Of a stretch of DNA of 27,703 nt, positions 1-8,542 are shown piece after piece; position 1 is the first letter of the stretch; each line of letters begins with the position of its first letter. Source of the DNA: Chlamydiota bacterium. Lineage in GTDB: Bacteria; Auribacterota; Tritonobacteria; UBA1439. Under the pieces are notes generated by a model. It was not told the DNA's origin, made no database searches, and saw only the letters and a list, made by a program, of their open reading frames with translations. Location: NCBI GenBank assembly GCA_037133055.1, contig JBAXOY010000030.1, positions 1-27,703 of the forward strand. Direction: 5' to 3'. The position numbers and the translations under genes are program-made.

Positions 1-1
1 C

Positions 2-553
2 CTCGACGAGACGATCCCTGAAAAAGAGGGGAAGGTGGACCGGTCGAAACTCCTCGACTTCAGCGGCCGGTCCCGGAAACCCCAGATGGCCCTCGCGGAG
101 AAGTACGGGATCGCCTCCTATCTCCAGCCCGCCGGCGGCTGCCTCCTGACCGACCCGGGGTTCTCGGCGCGCCTGAAGGAACTGCGCGACCGGGAGGGGC
201 TCGACGACGTGCGGGCCCTTCACCTGCTTAAAGTCGGAAGACACTTCCGCCTCGAGAGCGGGAAAAAGATCGTCGTCGGGCGAAACGAGATGGAGAACGC
301 GAAGATCGAGGACCTCGCCCGGGAGGGCGATGCGCTGCTCTGGCCGGAGGCGGTGCCCGGGCCGATCGTGATCGTCCCCGGCGGGGGCGAGGCGCCGGAT
401 ATCGGGGAAGCCGCGCGCGCCTGCGCGCGCTACAGCGACGTGCGGGAGGGGGACGAGGCGGCGATCACCGTGTCATCCGGGGGGAAGGAAACGACCCTCC
501 GCGTCAGGCGCCCCCCGCCCGCCGGCCTCCGCATGACCCCCATCGGGATCTGA
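2..553 (+). CDS. C-terminal part of ThiI/MnmA-like tRNA sulfur-modification protein with DUF814-like C-terminal domain (5'-truncated by window)
   Basis: Frame open from base 2 (LDETIPEKEGKVDR...). Motifs SGRSRKPQMALA, PAGGCLLTDPGFSARL, GRHFRL and VVGRNEMEN are typical of this family. Confidence 0.75.
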   Translation, partial: LDETIPEKEGKVDRSKLLDFSGRSRKPQMALAEKYGIASYLQPAGGCLLTDPGFSARLKELRDREGLDDVRALHLLKVGRHFRLESGKKIVVGRNEMENAKIEDLAREGDALLWPEAVPGPIVIVPGGGEAPDIGEAARACARYSDVREGDEAAITVSSGGKETTLRVRRPPPAGLRMTPIGI

Positions 554-579
554 CGCGCGCCCGATGCTTGAGTGACCTA

Positions 580-642
580 CATGCCAAAAGCTTTTGGCGC
601 ATGCAAAACGCTTATGGGCATGCAAAACGCGTAGGGTATAGT
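580..642 (+). promoter_or_regulatory. Three imperfect ~19-20 bp direct repeats followed by a putative -10 box upstream of the GT87 gene
   Basis: CATGCCAAAAGCTTTTGGCG / CATGCAAAACGCTTATGGG / CATGCAAAACGCGTAGGG, then TATAGT at 637-642. The first unit contains the perfect palindrome GCCAAAAGCTTTTGGC (583-598). Confidence 0.5.
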
Positions 643-665
643 ATGGATGCGCGATCGTCTTGACA

Positions 666-1826
666 ATGAAAAATATCAACCGGTGGGCATGTGCAGCGCT
701 CCTTCTCTACTGCGCGGGCGTCATCCTCTCTTTATCACTCCGCCTGGATTATCTCCAATGGGATTTCAGCGTTTACTACCGCGCCCCGCAGGCGTATGCC
801 AGGGGCCTGGATCCGTACCGGATGATCGTCCCCTCTGCGGTGGAAGGATCCGCCGCGCCCCGGGGGTTCAAGTTTTATTATCCCCCGTTCATGCTGCTGC
901 TTTTCGCCCCTTTCTCCCGGCTAAGCTACGCGACGGCCGCGCGCCTTTTCTTCGCCATGAACGGCGCAGCCCTCGCGGCCCTCATCCTCATCTGGAGGAA
1001 CGGGTTTCTCGGCGGAAAGGCCGGGGCGTTGTTCTATCTCTTCTGCATGGTTTCTTTTAACAGCCCCCTCTACATTGCGCTCAAGGCCGGGAATGTCGCC
1101 ATTATGGAGCACTGCGCGCTCTGGCTCGCGTTCTACTTTTTTCTGGAGCGGCGCTATCTGGCATTCTGCCTGTGTGTCTTTGTCGCCGCTGCATTCAAGG
1201 GGACGCCGTTGCTGTTTCTGGCCCTCCTGTTCTTTGAGGAGGATGGCAGGCGTTATCGCTACCTCGCCGGCGCGGCCGGTGTCCTGTGCGGGGGCGCAGC
1301 AGTCATGTACGCCATCGCACCCGAACTCTGGGCGCAGTTCCTGCACAATTCATTGGAGATAATCGACAAAGTGCACCAGCCTTCCACCTACGCGATGGTG
1401 CGGGAGCTGCTGCCCCCCGCGGGACAGCGGCTCGCCTATGCCGCTCTCGTCGCCGCGGTGCTTGCATGCACGGTGAGGGCGGGGATGATCCTGAGAGCGG
1501 GAGCGCCTGTCGGAAAGAGCAGGAGCATGCTCTGTCTGGCATGCGCCGCGTATGCGGTGATCCTGCCGCACTTCGAGGATTACTCCTACATCATTCTCAT
1601 TGTGCCCGCCTACGCACTCCTGTGTGACACAGGGCCGGGGAGCCGATGGCTCCCTATCTGTTTTTTTCTCATCCTGTCATCGGTGGGCGGTTCCCTGCCC
1701 ATTATCATGCCGGGGATCAGATTCGCATTGAAATACTCACCGCTGATGCTGGCATATTGTATATGGGGTATCTTTGTATGCCGGGCATTGCCGTATCGCG
1801 GAGACCGCGCAAATTTGCCTGACTGA
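666..1826 (+). CDS. Glycosyltransferase family 87 (DUF2029) polytopic membrane protein
   Basis: WDFSVYY, GLDPY and FYYPPF motifs, a GN motif, AAAFKGTP and many hydrophobic segments. Start is ATG 666 or TTG 660. Confidence 0.85.
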   Translation: MKNINRWACAALLLYCAGVILSLSLRLDYLQWDFSVYYRAPQAYARGLDPYRMIVPSAVEGSAAPRGFKFYYPPFMLLLFAPFSRLSYATAARLFFAMNGAALAALILIWRNGFLGGKAGALFYLFCMVSFNSPLYIALKAGNVAIMEHCALWLAFYFFLERRYLAFCLCVFVAAAFKGTPLLFLALLFFEEDGRRYRYLAGAAGVLCGGAAVMYAIAPELWAQFLHNSLEIIDKVHQPSTYAMVRELLPPAGQRLAYAALVAAVLACTVRAGMILRAGAPVGKSRSMLCLACAAYAVILPHFEDYSYIILIVPAYALLCDTGPGSRWLPICFFLILSSVGGSLPIIMPGIRFALKYSPLMLAYCIWGIFVCRALPYRGDRANLPD

Positions 1827-1846
1827 AATCCCGCCAACAGTAGTCA

Positions 1847-1933
1847 TGGTGCCGCGGGAGAGAATCGAACTCTCATGAGCGTGAGCTCACACGATTTTGA
1901 GTCGTGCGCGTCTGCCAATTCCGCCACCGCGGC
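1847..1933 (-). tRNA. tRNA-Leu (anticodon CAA)
   Basis: Reverse complement GCCGCGGTGGCGGAATTGGCAGACGCGCACGACTCAAAATCGTG...GAGAGTTCGATTCTCTCCCGCGGCACCA: 7-bp acceptor stem, anticodon arm CACGA-CTCAAAA-TCGTG, long variable arm, TTCGA T-loop, encoded CCA. Confidence 0.97.
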
Positions 1934-2012
1934 CCCGTGCGTGAATCCCCACAGTATAGTCTCATTCCCGGGTTTTGTGGTAGTATAACTCCCCATCCGC
2001 CATGGGATCACC

Positions 2013-4745
2013 ATGAAATCAAAGACAACGAAGAGACCGATCCGTATTCTCGCCGCGCTCTGCGTCCTCTGCGCCGCGGGCGCCGTCGCGCTCGGGTTCG
2101 TCGTTCGCTCCGCGTGGTTCATGGAGCAGGCGCGCGCGCAGCTCGAGCGCGGGGTCGGACGGAAGGTCGCCTTCGCCTCCCTCGATCCGTCCTTCCTGCG
2201 CGGGATCGGGGTGCGGGCCCGCGACTTCTGCCTCTACGAAGAGGACGGCGCGACCCCGTGCCTCAAGGCGGAGGAGATCCTGCTCCGGGTCCGCATCCTG
2301 CCGCTCCTGTGGCGGAACCTCAGCGTCAGCACCGTGACGGTCGACCAGCCGCGGGCCTCGCTGGTCCGCGCCAGGGACGGGACGTGGAACGTCGAGAGCC
2401 TTCTCGGCAGGGAGAAGCCCGCCGCCGCGGGGAAACCCGAGGCCGGGCCGCCGAAGAAAGCGCGCAAGACACAGGTGACCATCTCCACGCTTCGCATACG
2501 GAGCGGCATCGTGACGGTGCTCGACGAGTCGACCGGGCGGGGCGCGGTGGTGCGGGACCTGAACCTCTCCCTCTCCCGTATCGCGCAGGGCGGGCTTCCG
2601 TATATCGACGGCGGGGGACGGCTGTCGGGGATCCCCCTCGCCGATATCCTGAAGGGGGTACGGGAGATCCGCCCCCTGCGCGTGCAGGGGGGGCTTGTCG
2701 CGGGCAGCTTCAGGGTAAAGGGCTGGGCGGGGGAGATGCTCCAGTTCAGGGCCGACCTCCAGGCATCCGGCGTACGGTATGAGTATCCGGGGATATGCCG
2801 GTCGCCCGCCGCGGGCGCTGACCTTGATCTCAGCGCGCAGGTCGAGGGGGCGGTGAGAGACGGGGCGTGGCGCCTCGCGCGTGTCACCGCGAGCTGTTTC
2901 AATGGCCGCCTTAAGATGGACGGGTCTTTCGGCAATGCCGAGGGCGGCGGCCTGACCACCCTGGAGTTCACGGGGAAGGCGCTGCCGTGGAAGGCGCTGG
3001 GCAGGTCCGCGGTGAAGGGCCTCGTCCTCGAGGGCGAGACGACCTTCAGCAGCTCGGTCAGGGGCGGCGGGGCGGAGATAGCCGCGGACCTCTCCGGGAG
3101 CCGCGTCGCATACGGGGCCGTGCTCGACAAGGCGCCGGGCGCCGTGGCATCCCTGAAGCTCCCGCTTTCGTTCGCGAAGGGGAGCGTCGCGTGGGAGCGG
3201 GCGACGGCGCGTCTCGGATCGATGGAGCTCTCGTCCGACGGCTCGCTGGAGACGGGAGGCGGGCGGGCGCTGAAGGCGAAGCTGCGCTCGAATGTGTTCG
3301 ACCTCCGCGAGGCCGGCCGATCCCTCGCGGCGGTGACCGGGATGGCGGGGAAGGGAGAGATCGATCTCCACATCTCCCATAGCCTGAACACTCCTTTCTC
3401 CGCCGCCGAGATCTCCGGCACCGTGAAAATATCGGGAGGCGAGTTCACCGCGGCCTCCCTCCCGCGCCCCCTCCGCGTCGACGCGGTGACCACCTGCGCC
3501 CCCGGCTCCGTGCGTGTCGGACTGAACACCGTCCGGATGGGATCGAGCCTCGCCGAGGGATACGTGAGCTTCGATCTGAAGAGGTGGCCGTCCTGCGAAT
3601 ACGACTTCAACTTCCCTCTCATCGATACGGCTGATTTCTCGGCCGCCCCGCCGCCGGCACATGCCGCTTCCCGCGCCAGCTTCTCCCTGGTGCAATCGGC
3701 GGAGGCAGCGCCCCCGCCGCAGGCCCGGCCTGTATTCCGCATCCCTGAATTCCTGAAAAGGATGGAAGGCAACGGCCGCGTGTCGGTGGGCGAGCTCAGG
3801 CTCGGAAAACTCAGGTCGCGGAACGGGCGCGCGCGCCTGCGCCTCTCGAAGGGCATCGCGAGCCTCGACGAGGTTGTCCTCCCGCTCTACGACGGGGAGT
3901 TCGGGGGAAAAGTCGCCGCGGACATCCGCGGAGATTCCCCGCGTTACTCGATCGAGAGCACGCTCGCGAGGGTGGACCTCGATGCGCTCCTCGCGGACAT
4001 CTACGGCTACTCCAGGCGTCTCTCCGGAAGGCTCTCGGCGGAATGCGCCGCGAGCGGCGACGGGGCGGGATGGGACGAGGTGCGGAAGGCGCTCAAGGCG
4101 AAGGGGCGCTTTTCCGTCGAGGGGGGCGTGCTCCATTCCGGGAACCTCCTGAAGGGCATGGGGCCGGTCATGTTCATGCTCGGCCGACAGGCGAAGTGCA
4201 AGGAGTTCACCGCGATGGGAGAGCTTCTCGGGAAGGCCCCCTCGGAGATGCGGCTCTCGCGCTGCGCGGGCACCTTCCTCTTCGACGGCGACGAGTGGGG
4301 CACGGGGGATATGCTCCTCGAGACCGCCGACCCGAAGAGCCCGATGCGGCTGCAGATCGAGGGGGAGATGGGCCTCGACGGCGCCCTGCACTTCTTCGGC
4401 TACGCCTCCTTCCCCCGGGGCTCGGCGTACTACGCGCAGCTCGCGCCGTATTTTCCGGACGACGGCGGGTGGATCGAGCTCCCGTTCCCGATCCCGATCG
4501 GGGGGACGCTCGAAAATCCGCGCGTGGACGCCGACGCGTCCTCGGAGAGCGTCGCGAAATGCGCGGCCGGGATCGGGACGGCGCGCATGCGGAAGGAGAT
4601 CGAGAAGAAAATCGACAGGGTCCTCGCGCCGCAGCCGAAGAAGACCGGAAGCGGCGCAAAGGCCCCCCAGGGGATAGAGGACGTCGGGCGGGAACTCCTG
4701 AAGGGCGGGTCGAAAGAGATCCTCAAGCAGATGCTGAAGAAGTGA
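2013..4745 (+). CDS. AsmA family protein (910 aa)
   Basis: N-terminal membrane anchor, AsmA-type N-terminus (GRKV, ILPLLWRNL, VRARDGTWNVESL), beta-rich repeats, LYDG motif and C-terminal PIPIGGTLENPRV. Confidence 0.85.
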   Translation: MKSKTTKRPIRILAALCVLCAAGAVALGFVVRSAWFMEQARAQLERGVGRKVAFASLDPSFLRGIGVRARDFCLYEEDGATPCLKAEEILLRVRILPLLWRNLSVSTVTVDQPRASLVRARDGTWNVESLLGREKPAAAGKPEAGPPKKARKTQVTISTLRIRSGIVTVLDESTGRGAVVRDLNLSLSRIAQGGLPYIDGGGRLSGIPLADILKGVREIRPLRVQGGLVAGSFRVKGWAGEMLQFRADLQASGVRYEYPGICRSPAAGADLDLSAQVEGAVRDGAWRLARVTASCFNGRLKMDGSFGNAEGGGLTTLEFTGKALPWKALGRSAVKGLVLEGETTFSSSVRGGGAEIAADLSGSRVAYGAVLDKAPGAVASLKLPLSFAKGSVAWERATARLGSMELSSDGSLETGGGRALKAKLRSNVFDLREAGRSLAAVTGMAGKGEIDLHISHSLNTPFSAAEISGTVKISGGEFTAASLPRPLRVDAVTTCAPGSVRVGLNTVRMGSSLAEGYVSFDLKRWPSCEYDFNFPLIDTADFSAAPPPAHAASRASFSLVQSAEAAPPPQARPVFRIPEFLKRMEGNGRVSVGELRLGKLRSRNGRARLRLSKGIASLDEVVLPLYDGEFGGKVAADIRGDSPRYSIESTLARVDLDALLADIYGYSRRLSGRLSAECAASGDGAGWDEVRKALKAKGRFSVEGGVLHSGNLLKGMGPVMFMLGRQAKCKEFTAMGELLGKAPSEMRLSRCAGTFLFDGDEWGTGDMLLETADPKSPMRLQIEGEMGLDGALHFFGYASFPRGSAYYAQLAPYFPDDGGWIELPFPIPIGGTLENPRVDADASSESVAKCAAGIGTARMRKEIEKKIDRVLAPQPKKTGSGAKAPQGIEDVGRELLKGGSKEILKQMLKK

Positions 4746-4804
4746 GCGCATGTCCGCGGCCCGTGTGCCCGCGGCGCGTCGGCACGCGGCGGTGCGCGAC
4801 TCCC

Positions 4805-6532
4805 ATGAAATCCATTGCGCGAGTGCCCGTCAGGGGTATTATCCTCTCCGCCCTCTGCGCCCTGCTCGCCGGGTGCAGCATGGGCTCGCGCCGCATCCAG
4901 CCGGTCGGCTACCCGCTCGACCCCAGGCTCGACTGCCTCTTCGACGACCGCCACGTTATGCTCTTTCTCATCGACGGATGCCGCGCAGATCTTTTGTACG
5001 AGATGGCTCGCGCCGGAGAGCTCCCGGCGATAAAAAAGTATTTCGTCGACCGCGGGGTGTCCGCGGACTGCGCCATGTCCACGGTGCCCTCCATCACCAA
5101 CGCCGCCGTCGCGGCGCTGACCTGCGGCGTGTACCCGGGGCGGCTCAATGTCATCGGGAACCGGTGGTTCGACCGGGAGATGCTGGAGCGCGTGTCCGTC
5201 TTCGGCCTGAACGACTATTACCGCACCGAATTGCGCCTCGATCGGCCTACGATCTACGAGATGCTCCACGACGAGCTCACAGTCTCCCTCGTCACGCGGT
5301 GCCCGCGCGGGAGCACGTACCACATCCCCTTTTACTACAACCTGATCGGGATGAAATATTACCTGATGGGAAACCCGGGCAGGGTGGACGAGGTGTTCCT
5401 CGGGGAGTTTTCCGACGTTGCCGCCTGCGCGAACCGGGAGGGCGTCTTCCCTGCCTTCGTATTCTTCCACCTCACTGGGTACGACGCGCTCGCGCACCGT
5501 GCGGGTCCGTTTTCGCCCGATGCGAAGGCGGCGTTGATGAACATCGACCGTGCGCTGGGCCCGATCGTGGAGTGCCTCGACCGGAACGGCGTCCTCGACC
5601 GGGTGTGCCTGATGCTGACCGCCGATCACGGCCAGGTCTCCCTGAAAAAGGAAAACTGCCTGCTCTGGGAAGAGTGGTTCCCCGCCTGCATGGGGCTCCC
5701 CGCGCTCGACCGCTTCAGCAGGCTTGACCGCGCGAATGATGCGTTGGCGCGCGAGCGCTATTACGACCGCTACGCCGTGATCGCGACGAACAACGGGCGC
5801 AACGCGTTCCTCCATTTCAGGCACAACCCCGCGGGGAAATGGGTCCCCCCGGACCGGATGGCATCGTGGGAGACGCGGCCCACGTGGGGCGAGCTCCGGC
5901 GCTATCAGGCCCCCCGCGGGCCCGTGGATCTCGTGGAGGAGCTGAGGGGCGCGCCGGGGGTGGCGTGTGTCATCGGGAAGCCCAGGGAGGGCGAATTCGC
6001 CCTTTTTTCTGCGGCGGGGGAGGGCCGCATCAGGACGGCGCTGAGGGACGGGCCTGCCCGCCAACGTTCTCGCTCAGGCGAGGCGGGCGGGGAAACGCGC
6101 TTCGCCTACGAGGTGGTCGCCGGCACGGATCCCCTCGGATACCGGGAGGCCCCGGCGACCGCGGCCCTCATGGACGGCGGGTATCATTCCTCGCGCGAGT
6201 GGCTGAAGGCCTCCTGCGGCCTCGCGCGGCCTGACATCGTCGCCCAGCTCCCCTCGCTCTTCGAGAGCGGCTGCCGGGGGGACCTCTATGTCGTCGCGGC
6301 GGACGAGTGGGATTTTGAAGAGGTTAATATATCGAGTCACGGGGGCTTCCTCCGCGGGGAGATGCGCGTCCCCCTCATCGTCGCGGGCCCGCGGATACGC
6401 GCGGGGACGTTCGGCCCGGTGCGGATCGTGGATATCGCGCCGACGGTCCTCGACTACCTCGGGCACGGCGACCGGATCCGGGAGTATGACCTGGACGGGG
6501 CATCGTTCCTGAAAGAGATATCCACGCCATGA
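4805..6532 (+). CDS. Alkaline phosphatase superfamily / nucleotide pyrophosphatase-phosphodiesterase lipoprotein
   Basis: Start MKSIARV at 4805 with lipobox LAGC. Catalytic and metal motifs FLIDG, PSIT, YDALAH, TADHG, SHGG and RIVDIAPTVL. Confidence 0.88.
   Translation: MKSIARVPVRGIILSALCALLAGCSMGSRRIQPVGYPLDPRLDCLFDDRHVMLFLIDGCRADLLYEMARAGELPAIKKYFVDRGVSADCAMSTVPSITNAAVAALTCGVYPGRLNVIGNRWFDREMLERVSVFGLNDYYRTELRLDRPTIYEMLHDELTVSLVTRCPRGSTYHIPFYYNLIGMKYYLMGNPGRVDEVFLGEFSDVAACANREGVFPAFVFFHLTGYDALAHRAGPFSPDAKAALMNIDRALGPIVECLDRNGVLDRVCLMLTADHGQVSLKKENCLLWEEWFPACMGLPALDRFSRLDRANDALARERYYDRYAVIATNNGRNAFLHFRHNPAGKWVPPDRMASWETRPTWGELRRYQAPRGPVDLVEELRGAPGVACVIGKPREGEFALFSAAGEGRIRTALRDGPARQRSRSGEAGGETRFAYEVVAGTDPLGYREAPATAALMDGGYHSSREWLKASCGLARPDIVAQLPSLFESGCRGDLYVVAADEWDFEEVNISSHGGFLRGEMRVPLIVAGPRIRAGTFGPVRIVDIAPTVLDYLGHGDRIREYDLDGASFLKEISTP
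6053..6091 (+). repeat. Palindromic REP-like element inserted in frame in the phosphodiesterase gene
   Basis: CCTGCCCGCC-AACGTTC-TCGC-TCAG-GCGA-GGCGGGCGGG. Outer 10-bp stem (one G-U) plus inner hairpin; encodes PARQRSRSGEAGG. Confidence 0.7.
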
Positions 6533-7401
6533 CACGGACGGCGGGGCTGTTTTCGGGCGCGCTCATGGCGCTCTGCGGATGCGGGACGATCGTCCCCGGC
6601 CCGCGGTACCAGGTGAACGTGGACGACTATGCCTTCAGCCACGACGGGGCCGGGGTCTTCTACCTGGAGGAGCGATTCCGCCTGTATCCGTTCCTCCTCG
6701 GCGCGCGGGAGGACCGCTTCCTCTATCTGTACGATGAGGCGCGCAGGCGGCATCGTCCGATTGCGAAGACCGGCGCATTTTCCGTGTCCCCGTCCTCCCC
6801 TCTCGTGCTGTATGCCCCGGAGTGGAAAAATCGCTTCAGGGCGCGGGGGGCGGCGCCGGATTTTTACCTTCTCGACCACGCGAAGGGCGAGACCCGCGGG
6901 TTCTCGATGCCCGCCGGATTCAAGGACGACTACCTGACGTACTCGTTCCCGTACGTGGACTGGGGCCGGGGGAAAAACGTTACCGCCTACGTCTGTTTCT
7001 ATTATATGCCGGGTGCGCGGCCCGCATCCTGGCGGTGGCTCGGACCCGCGAGGCACGACTGGCGCCGGGAGCTCTGGAAGGTCCGCATCGACCCCGCGAA
7101 GGAAGGAGGCGAAACCGTCCGGGCTGAGCCCTGTTCCGCAGAAGGGCTTCCCCGGGTGGCGTGGCGGGATATCCGGAAGAGGAAAGGGGTTTCTCCCGAC
7201 GGGGCGCGCACGCTCGCATACACGCGGTACGGGGGGCGCCTCAGCTTCAACACGACGCTCGCGGTCACCCGGAAGGGTGGCGGGGAGCCGGAGTATGTGG
7301 TAAAAGAAAACGCGCTCATCAACTACGCGCAGGCGGGGTACTACAGCCTCCTGTACATCCTTTCGGCCCCCGTGTTCGGCGTCAACAGCCTGCTTCGCTG
7401 A
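6529..7401 (+). CDS. Hypothetical lipoprotein
   Basis: ATGA overlap with upstream gene, lipobox LCGC, SPDG-type beta-propeller-like fragments, hydrophobic C-terminus. Confidence 0.7.
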   Translation: MTRTAGLFSGALMALCGCGTIVPGPRYQVNVDDYAFSHDGAGVFYLEERFRLYPFLLGAREDRFLYLYDEARRRHRPIAKTGAFSVSPSSPLVLYAPEWKNRFRARGAAPDFYLLDHAKGETRGFSMPAGFKDDYLTYSFPYVDWGRGKNVTAYVCFYYMPGARPASWRWLGPARHDWRRELWKVRIDPAKEGGETVRAEPCSAEGLPRVAWRDIRKRKGVSPDGARTLAYTRYGGRLSFNTTLAVTRKGGGEPEYVVKENALINYAQAGYYSLLYILSAPVFGVNSLLR

Positions 7402-7438
7402 GACCCGGGCGACGGGAGCGGGTCGGAGAGCACTCACG

Positions 7439-8494
7439 ATGATAAAAACCATCGCGGCGGTCGCTATATTTTTAGCGGGGATGTATCCCCTTTCCTCTCC
7501 GGCCCGCATCGAGATATTCCTCATGGGGCAGACGGCGGGCTTGAAGCCCCCTCCGTTCGAGCCGGATATCTGGTTCCGGGGGACCCCGTTCGGGCACATG
7601 GCGCTCTACATCGAGAGCGCGACCCGCGACAGGGAGAAGGTGATACGGCAGTGCCGCGAGGGGGAGCGCGGGGGGCTTGTCCTCACGGTGGACAAGGCGC
7701 TGAAGGACAACTTCTTCACCGCGAACACACGGGAGGAGTTCTTCTACGGGCCGCTCGATCCCGCGAATCTTCCCGCGTCGCTGTCGCGCGAGGAGATCGG
7801 GAAGGCGCTCGATGGATTCAACGGAAAATACGGGCGCCTCTATCACGAGGGGCCCGGCATCTCGGGCCTCGGCCAGGACTACGGCACGCTCTTTATCAGA
7901 CATATCCGGGGGTTCGTCTATCCGACGACCCGGGGCGAGGAGGCGAAGATCATAGAGTTCTGGCAGGAGCACCGCCGCGACGCGTTTGTCCCCATGACGG
8001 TGAACTGCGTCACCACGATCATCGGGGCGATAAACCGCGCGGGGCTCGCGCGGCGCTCCTTTTTCATCCGGGGGCTTTCCCCGTACAACGCGTGGACCTA
8101 TTTCATCAAGAGGCTTCTGTGGGGGAACCCCGGCGCGAAGGCCCCGAACGGGAACTATCTCCGGCGCGACGGCTCGTGCCTGACGGACTATCCCCAGATC
8201 CCCTCCACCGCGGTTCGCCGGTCGGGGCGCCCCTTCAACGTCTACTCGCTCCACAACCTCGAGTACACCGTGTGGGCCGGTCCCGCCGGCTCCCCTCCGC
8301 TCCCGAGCGACGCGCCCGTCTCGTTCCGCGATTACCCCACGGGACGGGAAAGGGCGGCGGGGACTGGGCCCGGCGGGGCCGGCCCGCGGGATGATGCCGT
8401 CTCGTATATATGGTGGACCGTCTCGCAGCCGGAGGAGTTCTTCCGGCTCTGGTTTCAGTCGTTCAAGGGGCTCTGGTATCTCGTCGCGGGGTGA
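7439..8494 (+). CDS. Exported protein with permuted papain-like His...Asn-Cys motifs (DUF4105/Lnb-N-like)
   Basis: Signal-peptide-like N-terminus; PFGHMALYI precedes TVNCVTTI. Confidence 0.6.
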   Translation: MIKTIAAVAIFLAGMYPLSSPARIEIFLMGQTAGLKPPPFEPDIWFRGTPFGHMALYIESATRDREKVIRQCREGERGGLVLTVDKALKDNFFTANTREEFFYGPLDPANLPASLSREEIGKALDGFNGKYGRLYHEGPGISGLGQDYGTLFIRHIRGFVYPTTRGEEAKIIEFWQEHRRDAFVPMTVNCVTTIIGAINRAGLARRSFFIRGLSPYNAWTYFIKRLLWGNPGAKAPNGNYLRRDGSCLTDYPQIPSTAVRRSGRPFNVYSLHNLEYTVWAGPAGSPPLPSDAPVSFRDYPTGRERAAGTGPGGAGPRDDAVSYIWWTVSQPEEFFRLWFQSFKGLWYLVAG

Positions 8495-8542
8495 TGCGCC
8501 TCAGCCGCCGCGCGGGCGGACAATAACAGGGAGGGATCGGAC

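Noticed and set aside
580..636. Possible mini-CRISPR
   Set aside because: Units are adjacent with no spacers, too short, and no cas genes are present.
2019..4751. 910-aa antisense ORF mirroring the AsmA gene
   Set aside because: Shadow ORF typical of GC-rich codon usage; no recognisable motifs.
4746..4797. GC-rich hairpin between AsmA and the phosphodiesterase
   Set aside because: 9-bp stem with a G-U pair is expected by chance at this GC level; no U-tract.
4043..4804. N-terminal extension of the 829-aa ORF
   Set aside because: Overlaps AsmA out of frame and is Arg/Gly-rich; the lipoprotein signal starts at 4805.
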